A DNA stretch of 63,999 bases, filler included, from an uncultured Methanosarcinales archaeon (GTDB taxonomy: Archaea; Nanobdellota; Nanobdellia; Woesearchaeales; CAYXTQ01), in assembly GCA_964608065.1 (NCBI GenBank). It is 4 parts of 4 records of this genome, joined end to end, with 100 filler letters (N's around TTAATTAATTAA, not from the genome) between each part and the next. Parts side by side here need not be neighbours in the genome. Positions count along the whole stretch, not along the records: positions 21,265 to 41,871 come from CAZSMA010000015.1; 3 more parts are not named here. One strand, written 5' to 3'. Shown in pieces: positions 28,914-37,891 of this stretch. The notes under the pieces are model-generated. The model ran no database searches and was not told the origin of the DNA. It saw only the letters and a list, made by a program, of their open reading frames with translations. Position 1 is the first letter of the stretch. Each line of letters opens with the position of its first letter. A program made the position numbers and the translations under genes.

Positions 28914-28972
28914 ATATATAAACTAAAGTTAATATCCATTAACTATGGTAAACATATATAAACTAAAGTTAA
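28914..28972 (+). promoter_or_regulatory. Candidate operator region of the second HTH-MNT/HEPN operon
   Basis: 19-bp direct repeat ATATATAAACTAAAGTTAA at 28914 and 28954; inverted repeat AGTTAAT-ATCC-ATTAACT at 28927-28944. Confidence 0.6.
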
Positions 28973-29487
28973 CAATCCTGCAGCAAAAGATATTAAGACT
29001 TTTATTTATAAAAGCAGGAAAATCTCTAAACCAGCGGCAAATATCGAAGATTCTTGAGGTTTCCCAGCCCGCAGTTATGAAATCCCTACCAAAATTAGAG
29101 AAAGAAAGATTAATTATGCTGAATAAGGATTCAGGGAGGTGGGCTGTTGAGTTAAACAGGAACAATCACAAAGCTATGCAATTAAAAAAAGTAGATAACT
29201 TAAAACTGATTTATGAATCAGAATTAGCAGATTTTCTTGAAAAAGAATTCGCAGGAGCAACAATTATCTTTTTCGGAAGCTATTCAAGAGGTGATGATAC
29301 AGTTAATTCAGATATAGATATAGCTGTTATCGGAAGAAAAGACAAAATAATTGATTTAGAAAAATTTGAGAAAATTCTGGAAAGAAAAATAAACATCAAT
29401 TTTTATGATTCATTTAACTGCATACATAAAAACCTAAAGGAAAATTTGTTTAATGGAATTGTCCTGTACGGGGGGGTAGATCTATGA
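28945..29487 (+). CDS. wHTH-fused minimal nucleotidyltransferase (MNT antitoxin)
   Basis: HTH RQISKILEVSQPAVMKSL; FFGSYSRGDD..SDIDIAV. Confidence 0.9.
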   Translation: MVNIYKLKLTILQQKILRLLFIKAGKSLNQRQISKILEVSQPAVMKSLPKLEKERLIMLNKDSGRWAVELNRNNHKAMQLKKVDNLKLIYESELADFLEKEFAGATIIFFGSYSRGDDTVNSDIDIAVIGRKDKIIDLEKFEKILERKININFYDSFNCIHKNLKENLFNGIVLYGGVDL

Positions 29488-29930
29488 AAGCAATAAGATC
29501 TTTTGAAGAATTTGTAAGGCAAGGTATTGTAAAAAAGCAAAGCCCTGACAAATCTAGGGCAGAATTTTTAATCAAAGAGGCTGAGCAAAGCTATGCTTAT
29601 TTACTTGAGTTAATTGACAAGATTGGAATTAACAAAAATAATACAAATAGTCACGTAAAAAACTGTTATGATATTCTTACTGAATTAATAAGGGCAAGAC
29701 TATTGTTAGAAGGGTTTAATGCGTCTGGACAAGGTGCCCATGAAGCAGAAGTATCCTATCTGAGAACTCTTAGCTTTAGTGAAAAAGAAGTCCAATTTGC
29801 CGACCAGATGAGATATTTTAGGAATGGAATGCTGTACTATGGAACAATCCTAGACAAGGAATATGCAAAAAAGGTTTTTGAATTTACAAAAAGAATATAC
29901 ACTAAATTAAAAAATATGGTAAAATACTGA
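29484..29930 (+). CDS. HEPN domain protein (toxin)
   Basis: YDILTELIRA, GAHEA, RYFRNGMLYYG; ATGA overlap with the MNT gene. Confidence 0.8.
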   Translation: MKAIRSFEEFVRQGIVKKQSPDKSRAEFLIKEAEQSYAYLLELIDKIGINKNNTNSHVKNCYDILTELIRARLLLEGFNASGQGAHEAEVSYLRTLSFSEKEVQFADQMRYFRNGMLYYGTILDKEYAKKVFEFTKRIYTKLKNMVKY

Positions 29931-29940
29931 AAAGACGTCT

Positions 29941-30042
29941 CCCACCAGGCCATAGCCACCACAAACAACAACCTAAACAAACGTAATAAGCAGTCCCCCT
30001 ATTTAATCTCTGTTCCCTATTGAATTTGTTTTTACTGAATTC
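29941..30042. repeat. Repeat A copy 4
   Basis: ..CACCACAAACAACAACCTAAACAAACGTAATAAGCAGTCCCCCTATTTA..TTTACTGAATTC. Confidence 0.9.
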
Positions 30043-30083
30043 TGTAAATGGTATAAAGAAGTGGAAGGATTGTAGGTTTTTAT

Positions 30084-30851
30084 TCACTTAATTATAGATT
30101 CCAAAGGAACTTGATTCTCATAAAGTTTTTTCAAAACAGAATTATATTTTATTAAATCCTCTCTTTTAAATTGTGTTGACTTAGTTGGAAATATACAATC
30201 CTCTATCCCCTTAATTTCAAAACTTTCAGATAAAAGATACGCCAGTTCAGCTAAACATCCTTGCTTTACCCAGTAAGTCCATTCTCCTGCAACTCTTATC
30301 TCTTTTACATCGCTTTTTTTTAAGAACGAAAACAGCAAGTCAACCCTTTGTTTTTTTGAGCCGTTCCTCGTATTGAGGTTATCTACTAACGGAATGCCCT
30401 CTCCATTCTCAGTCACCAGAATCATAGAAGAATCAAATGGCCTCAATGCTTCTCTTGGTATACTGCTATCTTCATAATCTACTTTTTCTGCAGCAAATAA
30501 TGTTAGCTCATTGGATCCTCTTAAATGATGAACAAGTCTTGAAATATTATTTAAATAAGGTGCATATTTTCCAAATCTCTTAACATTAGCAACAGCATCT
30601 TGGACTATTTCACCTTTGTGATGATCACCATAACCAGCGTGCCCAATAAAATAACAATAGCCTTCAGTAGGAACGCCCTTTTGAAGTAATTTGTTTGAAG
30701 CAACAAAAAGTTGGTTAGTGCTATATTCATAATCTGGAACCTTTTGTACTATCCTAGGTATGCCAACAAGATTTGAAAAATCTAAAGAAGTACTTGCTGT
30801 TGCTATACCTACTCTCTTCAAAAACTGTCTTCTACTAATGTTTTTTTGCAT
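30084..30851 (-). CDS. Twin-arginine-motif protein, possible isochorismatase-like fold
   Basis: SRRQFLK N-terminus; VKEIRVAGE....GCL...IEDCIFP resembles a cysteine hydrolase C-terminus; likely start at 30851. Confidence 0.55.
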   Translation of the reverse strand: MQKNISRRQFLKRVGIATASTSLDFSNLVGIPRIVQKVPDYEYSTNQLFVASNKLLQKGVPTEGYCYFIGHAGYGDHHKGEIVQDAVANVKRFGKYAPYLNNISRLVHHLRGSNELTLFAAEKVDYEDSSIPREALRPFDSSMILVTENGEGIPLVDNLNTRNGSKKQRVDLLFSFLKKSDVKEIRVAGEWTYWVKQGCLAELAYLLSESFEIKGIEDCIFPTKSTQFKREDLIKYNSVLKKLYENQVPLESIIK

Positions 30852-30861
30852 TTTAAATTCC

Positions 30862-30931
30862 CCAAGAACTCTTGGAGTATATACTATACCCCTTTTATAG
30901 TTCAAATTCATTTATGGTTTATAAATTTAAT
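30862..30931 (-). repeat. Repeat B: 70-bp promoter/leader unit
   Basis: Identical to 22403-22472. Confidence 0.95.
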
Positions 30932-30935
30932 GGAT

Positions 30936-32153
30936 TTATTCATACCTAAGCGCATCCACAGGTTTAAGCTTTGAAGCTTGTTTTGAAGGTAAATATCCTG
31001 AGATAGCTCCTACTAAGAATGCGAATACTAAGCAGCCAATTGTTAACCATAAAGGAAAAGCAGGCCTTAACATTGCCAGTCCAGCTGACCTTGCAATTGT
31101 TTCTCCCATTTTTGCGATTAAATAACCTAAACCAATTCCTGCAGCGCCACCTAATAAGCCCAGTAAACCTGATTCAAAGATAAAAATAAATAAAATATGT
31201 TTATTTTTTGCACCAATAGATTTCATTACTCCAATTTCTTTAGTTCTTTCTAATATAGAAGTGTACATTGTATTCATTATATTGACAGCAGCTACAACTA
31301 CTGAAATTAAAGCAATTAAAACAAGCACCCCATTTAATATATTAATTATATTTGTGAATGTTTCCATTACATCTTCAAAACTTTGTACAATGAAATCTTC
31401 TTCTCCTTCTTTCAGACCTCTGTGTTTTCTAAATTTTTCTTTTATCCTATCTGCTAATTCTGAAGGGTTTTGATCATGGGCAACTCTGAGATAAATATAT
31501 CCATATTCTTCTGTATCAAATATTTCTTTATATCCTTCTAGGGATAAATAAACATTTGAATCATCTCCTGGATTTCCAATTTCGTCATAAAATCCTATAA
31601 CCTCTACTTTTATATCATTTATTTCAATTTTATCTCCTACAGAAATTGCTTTTTTAAACATTCTATTTGGAATAGTATAAGAATACCCTAAATTTGCTTT
31701 TAGTCCATCTCCTTTTTTTAAAGGCCTCCCTTCCATAACCCCTATTCCGCCAAACATTTCTTCTATTAATTTTTTTTCACTGCTATCTGTAGAAAAACCC
31801 GCGACAAAAGGATATTTTTCTTTATATTCTTTGTATTTTATTTTTCCTGATGCCATCATCATTCCACTTGCTTCATCAACACCTTTTGTTTTTCTAATAA
31901 AATCCAAGTCATCTTCTGTAAAGGCTATGTTGCTTGTGCCAATTGCAGTCATATAGTCCCCAGGCATCATCATTATTTTGTCTGTTCCCATCTCCTCTCC
32001 AAACTGGTTCATATAAGAATTAATCCCCTGGCCAAAACTGATTAAAGCGAAGATTGCAGTTATACCTACTAAAATAGAAAGTATAGTAAGAAAACTTCTA
32101 GTTTTTCTCTGCAACATATTTGAAATCGAGTATTTTGCTATGTCTTTTATCAT
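30936..32153 (-). CDS. ABC transporter permease (MacB/FtsX family)
   Basis: RSFLTILSILVGI, IMNTMYTSILERTKEIGVMKSIGA, PVDALRYE. Confidence 0.93.
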   Translation of the reverse strand: MIKDIAKYSISNMLQRKTRSFLTILSILVGITAIFALISFGQGINSYMNQFGEEMGTDKIMMMPGDYMTAIGTSNIAFTEDDLDFIRKTKGVDEASGMMMASGKIKYKEYKEKYPFVAGFSTDSSEKKLIEEMFGGIGVMEGRPLKKGDGLKANLGYSYTIPNRMFKKAISVGDKIEINDIKVEVIGFYDEIGNPGDDSNVYLSLEGYKEIFDTEEYGYIYLRVAHDQNPSELADRIKEKFRKHRGLKEGEEDFIVQSFEDVMETFTNIINILNGVLVLIALISVVVAAVNIMNTMYTSILERTKEIGVMKSIGAKNKHILFIFIFESGLLGLLGGAAGIGLGYLIAKMGETIARSAGLAMLRPAFPLWLTIGCLVFAFLVGAISGYLPSKQASKLKPVDALRYE

Positions 32154-33373
32154 TTACTATACCTCAAAGCATCTACAGGGTTTAGTTTTGAGGCTCTAAT
32201 AGCTGGTAATGTGCCGAAAAATGAGCCAATAACAAATGAAAAAAATATAGCTCCTAAAAATAAAAATGGTGAGATGCGTGCTGATATTAAGTCAGAGCCT
32301 AAAACCATTTTTCCAATAAATGCTAAACCAGTAGCTCCAAGGAAACCAAGTATAGCTCCTATTAAACCACCAACACTGCCTAAAAATCCAGATTCAATAA
32401 AGAACAATGAGAAAATTGTATTATTTTTAGCTCCAATAGATTTCATTATTCCAATTTCTTTTGTTCTTTCAACAACAGCAGTATACATTGTGTTCATTAT
32501 TCCAATGCCACCAACTAATAAGGAGATACCTGCAATTATATAGACAAATATTTGGACAGCCAGTAAGGTTGAATTAACTGTTTCTAGAACAGATTGGGGT
32601 GTTTCAACAGAGAAATCTTCCTCTCCTTCTTTTACATCTCTAACTTTTCTTAGTTCTTTTTCAATATTTTCTTTAATTTTATTCACATCAGCATCTTGGT
32701 TGAATTGTACAGCTATTATATCATAATCATCACCTTGTCTGTCAACTAAGTCACGAAGGTCATCTTCATTCATAAATACAGCTCCATCAACCTGGAAGTT
32801 ACCTTTTTTCTCCATTATACCAACCACTGTAAATTCTTTACTCAGTATCTCGACTTTAGAACCTGGAATTATGGCTTTTCCAAAAGGATTATCATCTTGA
32901 CCAAACATATAGCCTAAAAGAACAAGGCCTTTATCACCATCTTTTAACAACCTACCTTTCTGAGCTTCCATGTTCATTAAATGTTCCATTAGTTCCCTAC
33001 CCTTACCATCCGGAATACTTACAGCATAACCAAATGTAGCTTTTCTATTAAAAACAAGTTTTCCTGGTTCCATAATTCTTCCAGCTACGTTTTCTATTCC
33101 ACTAACACTTTTTATTCTATCTAGTTCTTTGTCTGTTAAAGGGTCAATAACACCTGTTCCTGGTGGTCCAAAACCTCCAGTGGCAGTTACAGCTATAATA
33201 TCTGTTCCAAGAAAACCAAATTGAGATGTTATAGCATGCCTTAACCCTTCTCCTAAACCAATTAAAGAAACAACAGCAGCTATTCCTATAAAGATGCCAA
33301 GCATAGTCAGCCAACTTCTTAACCTTCTGTTCTTAATATTATTCAAAGCAAAAAGTAAGTATTCTTTGATCAT
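32150..33373 (-). CDS. ABC transporter permease (MacB/FtsX family)
   Basis: RSWLTMLGIFIGI, GIMNTMYTAVVERTKEIG, PVDALRY. Confidence 0.93.
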   Translation of the reverse strand: MIKEYLLFALNNIKNRRLRSWLTMLGIFIGIAAVVSLIGLGEGLRHAITSQFGFLGTDIIAVTATGGFGPPGTGVIDPLTDKELDRIKSVSGIENVAGRIMEPGKLVFNRKATFGYAVSIPDGKGRELMEHLMNMEAQKGRLLKDGDKGLVLLGYMFGQDDNPFGKAIIPGSKVEILSKEFTVVGIMEKKGNFQVDGAVFMNEDDLRDLVDRQGDDYDIIAVQFNQDADVNKIKENIEKELRKVRDVKEGEEDFSVETPQSVLETVNSTLLAVQIFVYIIAGISLLVGGIGIMNTMYTAVVERTKEIGIMKSIGAKNNTIFSLFFIESGFLGSVGGLIGAILGFLGATGLAFIGKMVLGSDLISARISPFLFLGAIFFSFVIGSFFGTLPAIRASKLNPVDALRYSK

Positions 33374-33408
33374 TTGTCCTCTTTACAGAATATAAAAATA
33401 AAAAAAAA

Positions 33409-33447
33409 TGCTCGAAAATTAAAAATTTTCGGCACCAACTTCGTTGG
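33409..33447. repeat. GAAAAT-hairpin family copy plus a small second hairpin
   Basis: TGCTCGAAAATT-AAA-AATTTTCGGCA and CCAAC-TTC-GTTGG. Confidence 0.55.
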
Positions 33448-33459
33448 AAAAAAAAAAAT

Positions 33460-34740
33460 TTATTTTTGCTGTTTTTTCTTCCTGTACCTGATGTAAAAAA
33501 ATAATCCAGTTCCTATTATTACTAATGTTATTATTATACCGAGAGTTTTGCTCTTTTTCTGCAAACCAAATTTTTGAGCTTCTGTTTTAGTATATAATGT
33601 TAATTCTACATTAACTTCTTTTTTATATTGGTTGTTATTAGCATCCATGTAATCCAATTCAATCTGTAATAATACTTTTCCTTCATTTGTTCTTTTTACG
33701 TATAACTTAAAGTCAGCTGTTTCATAGTCATCACTATCAATATTGCCAATGTATTCTTCGGCGTTAGATACAATTGTATAATCATTGCTTGGGTTTAATT
33801 TTACGTGTAATAACTTTATATCTGTTAATCCTTTGTTTGTGAATTTGATTACTACATTACCTGTTTTACCACTGCTATAAATTTCTGAACTATCTACTTT
33901 GATTAGTAAATCAGGTGTATCTCCAATAACAAGGCCGACTGTACCGTTTCTTACATACACATTTCCAGACCAGTCTAAGTAATCTATTCTTAAAGGAACT
34001 TTGTACACATTAGAATCTGCACCAGGCTCTGCCATCAGATTAAATTCAATTTCTTTTAATTCACCTGATTTAAGGTTTTTTATTGTTTTCTCATTTGTTG
34101 AGCCTATTGGAGCAAATGGAACTCCATCTACATCTAGTTTTACTTTTATGTCTTTAATCAGGGAATCAGCTAAATTCTTTAGTTTTATTTTTATTGTTGA
34201 TATTTCTCCAGGAGCTATCATATCAAAGTCAGAGCTGACACTTTCAATAGCAAGTATAGCATCCTGAGTTTGTATCCTGACATAAAATGGATCAAACATA
34301 AACCAACTTTCTCCATTATCTAGACTATACTTTAACTGGATTTCGTTGTTACCTTCTACAGCGTCTTTATCAACCCTCAACTTATAATAAATAATTGTAC
34401 CTTTCTCTCCTATTTGACGACCCCAAACAGAACCTATTTTTCTTACAGCAGTTTCTCCAGGTTCTAAGCTGAAAGGATATGTTGGAAGCAGTTCTACAAT
34501 AACATTTTCTGCGTTTTTACTTCCGAAGTTTTCAACTTTCCAACGCACTTCAACATAACTTCCTGGTTCAGCAGGGTCAGGAAGCTGGTTTACAAGATTG
34601 TAAACAACATTGTAAGCATCAAAGTGGCTTTCATTAGCAAATTTTATATTTTGAGTGCTTGTGATGCCTGCACTAACAGCAGTTGCACAAACTAGTATTG
34701 CATATATTGCTAAAATTCCGATTATAATTTTTTTTTGCAT
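33460..34740 (-). CDS. COG1361 S-layer-domain family protein
   Basis: Signal peptide, PDPAEPG, YIGNIDSDDYETADF, C-terminal TM; typical position in archaeal MacB-type ABC operons. Confidence 0.8.
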   Translation of the reverse strand: MQKKIIIGILAIYAILVCATAVSAGITSTQNIKFANESHFDAYNVVYNLVNQLPDPAEPGSYVEVRWKVENFGSKNAENVIVELLPTYPFSLEPGETAVRKIGSVWGRQIGEKGTIIYYKLRVDKDAVEGNNEIQLKYSLDNGESWFMFDPFYVRIQTQDAILAIESVSSDFDMIAPGEISTIKIKLKNLADSLIKDIKVKLDVDGVPFAPIGSTNEKTIKNLKSGELKEIEFNLMAEPGADSNVYKVPLRIDYLDWSGNVYVRNGTVGLVIGDTPDLLIKVDSSEIYSSGKTGNVVIKFTNKGLTDIKLLHVKLNPSNDYTIVSNAEEYIGNIDSDDYETADFKLYVKRTNEGKVLLQIELDYMDANNNQYKKEVNVELTLYTKTEAQKFGLQKKSKTLGIIITLVIIGTGLFFYIRYRKKKQQK

Positions 34741-34747
34741 TTTTGTA

Positions 34748-35467
34748 TCACCTTTTTTTTTTAAATGATTTTAATATTTTTTTTTGTTTTTTATTTACTA
34801 TGGATCCATCAATTAGTAATTCTACTCTTTGAGCATGATTTGCTAAGCCACGATCGTGAGTTACCATTACAACAGTCTTGCCTTCTTCTTTGTGAAGTTT
34901 CTTAAGGAAATCTAAAACTTTATCACCTGTTTTAGTGTCTAAATTTCCTGTTGGTTCGTCTGCTAATATAACTTCAGGATTATTTGACAGAGAACGTGCG
35001 ATTGCAACACGTTGTTGTTCTCCACCAGATAATTCAGTTGGTTTATGTTTCATACGGTCACCTAAATCAACCATTTCTAATAATTTAGTTGCCCTCTCAA
35101 CACGTTCATGTTTTGGAACTCTTTGGAAAACCATAGGTAGCATAACATTTTCTAAAGCACTTAAGCTTGGAATTAAGTTGAACTGTTGGAAAATAAATCC
35201 AATTTTTTTTCCACGGATTTGGGAAAGATGAGATTCTGATAATTGTGATATGTCCTGGTTTTCAAGAAGTATCTTTCCTTTAGTTGGAATGTCTAAAGCT
35301 CCAATCATATTCATAGCTGTTGACTTACCAGAACCTGAAGGCCCCATTACAGCCAAAAATTCACCTTGTTTTACTTCCAGGTTAATCCCTCTTAGAGCAG
35401 GAACTTCTACTTCACCCATCTTGTAAATTTTCCATACATTGTCTAGTTTGATTATTGCTTTACTCAT
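34748..35467 (-). CDS. ABC transporter ATP-binding protein (LolD/MacB-like)
   Basis: GPSGSGKST, LSGGEQQR, ILADEPTGNLD; start 35467 couples with the upstream stop. Confidence 0.95.
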   Translation of the reverse strand: MSKAIIKLDNVWKIYKMGEVEVPALRGINLEVKQGEFLAVMGPSGSGKSTAMNMIGALDIPTKGKILLENQDISQLSESHLSQIRGKKIGFIFQQFNLIPSLSALENVMLPMVFQRVPKHERVERATKLLEMVDLGDRMKHKPTELSGGEQQRVAIARSLSNNPEVILADEPTGNLDTKTGDKVLDFLKKLHKEEGKTVVMVTHDRGLANHAQRVELLIDGSIVNKKQKKILKSFKKKR

Positions 35468-35622
35468 TTTTTTGTGCACCTTATCACAATATCACCTTTG
35501 TTGTCTATGATAAACTCTAAAGTATCTCCTTTTTTCCAGCATTTGGCTAGAACAATACCTTTAGGAAGAGTAATAATGAATTGTTTTTTGTTTGGATTCT
35601 GTAAAATCGATTTATTACTCAT
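35464..35622 (-). CDS. AbrB/MazE/SpoVT-like small DNA-binding protein (52 aa)
   Basis: QFIITLPKGIVLAKCWKKGDTLEFIIDNKGDIVI; first gene of the ABC operon; not in ORF track. Confidence 0.75.
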   Translation of the reverse strand: MSNKSILQNPNKKQFIITLPKGIVLAKCWKKGDTLEFIIDNKGDIVIRCTKK

Positions 35623-35782
35623 TTTTTTATTTTTTATTTTTTTATATATTATATCACATATATAAATCTTTTTATTTTTGTTTATAAATATATGTTATTT
35701 TATATGTATTTTCATATATCTTATTTTTGATTAGCAGTAATAATCAAAAACTATAAATATATGGGCTTTATTCATAATTGAA

Positions 35783-36361
35783 ATGAGGAAAAAAGAAAAG
35801 AACAGAGGGAAGTTTTTCAGTATATTTATTGTAGTTATAATGAGCATGAGTATTCTTGGATTTTTGATTGGAAGTGGAGGAGATAGTCAACAAAAACTGA
35901 AATATAATGGAATAAATTTCATTAGAAGCGGAGATAATTGGATAGTTAGTGTCAGTAATACTCAATTAATTTTTGATTATTTTCCAGAGGAGGTTGAATA
36001 TATAATCATAAGTTCAGAACTAGTAGATAGGATTGGTACTTTGCAAGTAGATTTGACATATGATATTAATGATTCATTTAAAGATGCAATTGCTTTATCT
36101 ATTTATAGCTTACAACAGAATATTGGAGCTGTAAGTAATGCCTATCTAAGGCAAGGTTTAACAACAGATAATGAATTTAATCTGCCTGTTATTACATGCG
36201 ATGATGCAACAGAATTTGTTCCTGTTATGTATTTTAAGCAATCTAATGAGACAAAAGTTTATCTTGAAAATGATTGTATCATAATTGAGGCAGATTCTGA
36301 AATAGACTTTTTAAGAGTAAAAGACAGATTATTGTATGGTTATTTTGATATCATAAAATGA
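35783..36361 (+). CDS. Membrane-anchored hypothetical protein, paralog 1
   Basis: N-terminal TM, YNGINF, PVITCD, ENDCIIIE, shared with the next gene. Confidence 0.75.
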   Translation: MRKKEKNRGKFFSIFIVVIMSMSILGFLIGSGGDSQQKLKYNGINFIRSGDNWIVSVSNTQLIFDYFPEEVEYIIISSELVDRIGTLQVDLTYDINDSFKDAIALSIYSLQQNIGAVSNAYLRQGLTTDNEFNLPVITCDDATEFVPVMYFKQSNETKVYLENDCIIIEADSEIDFLRVKDRLLYGYFDIIK

Positions 36362-37005
36362 AAGAAGAAAGTATTGAGATAAATGAAAATGAAGGAAAAG
36401 CAGTTAAGCCAGATACTAAAAAAGATACAAAAAAATTAGTTATTGCAGTTTTATTTTTGATAGGTTTATTTGCAATATTTTTTGCATCTAAATATATTTT
36501 TAGTTCAAAAGTGGAATATCCTTCTTATACTTATAATGGTTTTGAGTTTGTTAAAATGCAGGGATTGTGGCATACTAATTGGCAAAGAGGTAATGAACTT
36601 TTTATTGTTCATCTGCGTTATGGACCTAGGGAATCAGAAGATGTTCCTGTTGTCAGTCCAGAAGAAGAAGGTATGTTTAACGTCACTGATGAAATTTATA
36701 TTACTTTTGACCCAGGACTTAATAAGAAGTTTGTAGCTTTAGCTGCTTCAGAGTTAAGCCTGAATCTTCTTAGAGTATTTAATGTTACACCTATAGCAGC
36801 TTGCAATAAAAATCTGACTACAAGCTGTCATGAAAGGCCTATTGTAACATGTGATAATACAGATGAAGCAGTTATTTATCTAAAAGAAGGTCCTCAGACA
36901 AAAATAACTTTGGAGAGTAATTGTATCATTGTAGAAGGGGATGGAGAAGAATTAGTCAGAGCTGCTGATAAGGTAATCTGGATACAATACGGAATAATAA
37001 TATAA
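36358..37005 (+). CDS. Membrane-anchored hypothetical protein, paralog 2
   Basis: TM, YNGFEF, PIVTCD, ESNCIIVEG. Confidence 0.75.
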   Translation: MKEESIEINENEGKAVKPDTKKDTKKLVIAVLFLIGLFAIFFASKYIFSSKVEYPSYTYNGFEFVKMQGLWHTNWQRGNELFIVHLRYGPRESEDVPVVSPEEEGMFNVTDEIYITFDPGLNKKFVALAASELSLNLLRVFNVTPIAACNKNLTTSCHERPIVTCDNTDEAVIYLKEGPQTKITLESNCIIVEGDGEELVRAADKVIWIQYGIII

Positions 37006-37598
37006 TGACACACTATCATTCTGAAAAGCAAACATCTCCTTTGAGATTAAGGAAAATTAATGCTTTTCTTAGAGGTAATGATTTAAAATTTTTTACTGGT
37101 TCTGGTGTTTTTTCTCCTGATAAAATTGATAAAGGCTCTAAGTTGTTGATTGAAGAAGGTATTATAGAAGATGGTTGGAATGTTTTAGACATGGGTTGTG
37201 GTTATGGTGTTGTTGGTATTTCTATTAATAATGTGTTTCCGAAAACAAAAATTGTCATGACTGATGTTAATAAAAGGGCTGTGAAATTGGCTTTGAAGAA
37301 TGTTGAGCTTAATAAAGTTAAGGCAGATGTTAAACAAGGAAACTTATTTGAGAAAGTGGATGATAAGTTTGATACTATTTTAGTTAACCCTCCACAGAAA
37401 GCTGGAAAAGATGTTTGTTTTTCTATAATTGAGCAGTCTGTTGATTATTTAAAAAGAAAAGGACTATTACAATTAGTTGCAAGGCATCAAAAAGGAGGCA
37501 AATCCTTAGAGAAGAAAATGAAGGAAGTTTTTGGGAATGTAAGAGCACAGGCCAAGAAATCAGGCTATAGGATTTATGTCAGTGAATTAACTACTTGA
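37005..37598 (+). CDS. RsmC-like class I SAM methyltransferase
   Basis: GVFS..IDKGS, LDMGCGYG, NPP motif. Confidence 0.88.
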   Translation: MTHYHSEKQTSPLRLRKINAFLRGNDLKFFTGSGVFSPDKIDKGSKLLIEEGIIEDGWNVLDMGCGYGVVGISINNVFPKTKIVMTDVNKRAVKLALKNVELNKVKADVKQGNLFEKVDDKFDTILVNPPQKAGKDVCFSIIEQSVDYLKRKGLLQLVARHQKGGKSLEKKMKEVFGNVRAQAKKSGYRIYVSELTT

Positions 37599-37642
37599 TT
37601 AGAAGAGAAAATTATTTAAACAGAATTCTTATTTGAGATTAT

Positions 37643-37891
37643 ATGCATAAATACAGAAAAAAAAATGTGTTGTATCTTATAATATTTTTGATACTTTTTT
37701 TAATAGCTTTTTTTGTGACTTATTTTAGTTTTAAAAGCGGAAAATCTGTTCTGAATCTTGGATTTCCTTATGAAATTGAGGATTATGTAATTATGGTTCT
37801 GTCTATTATTGGGATGGTTATGATTATTTATGAGATTATTAAGATAGAACATCATAATGATTTTGAGAATAGGATTAAAAAAATAAGTTAG
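37643..37891 (+). CDS. Small two-TM membrane protein
   Basis: Two hydrophobic helices. Confidence 0.6.
   Translation: MHKYRKKNVLYLIIFLILFLIAFFVTYFSFKSGKSVLNLGFPYEIEDYVIMVLSIIGMVMIIYEIIKIEHHNDFENRIKKIS

Noticed and set aside
21897..30042. Repeat A as a CRISPR array or DGR template (AAC AAC AAC tract)
   Set aside because: Spacing is 1-5 kb and irregular, differences are not adenine-specific, no coding target matches it, and no RT is in the window.
29902..30087. 61-aa Cys/Trp-rich ORF
   Set aside because: It reads through repeat A copy 4; start and stop are not conserved among the copies.
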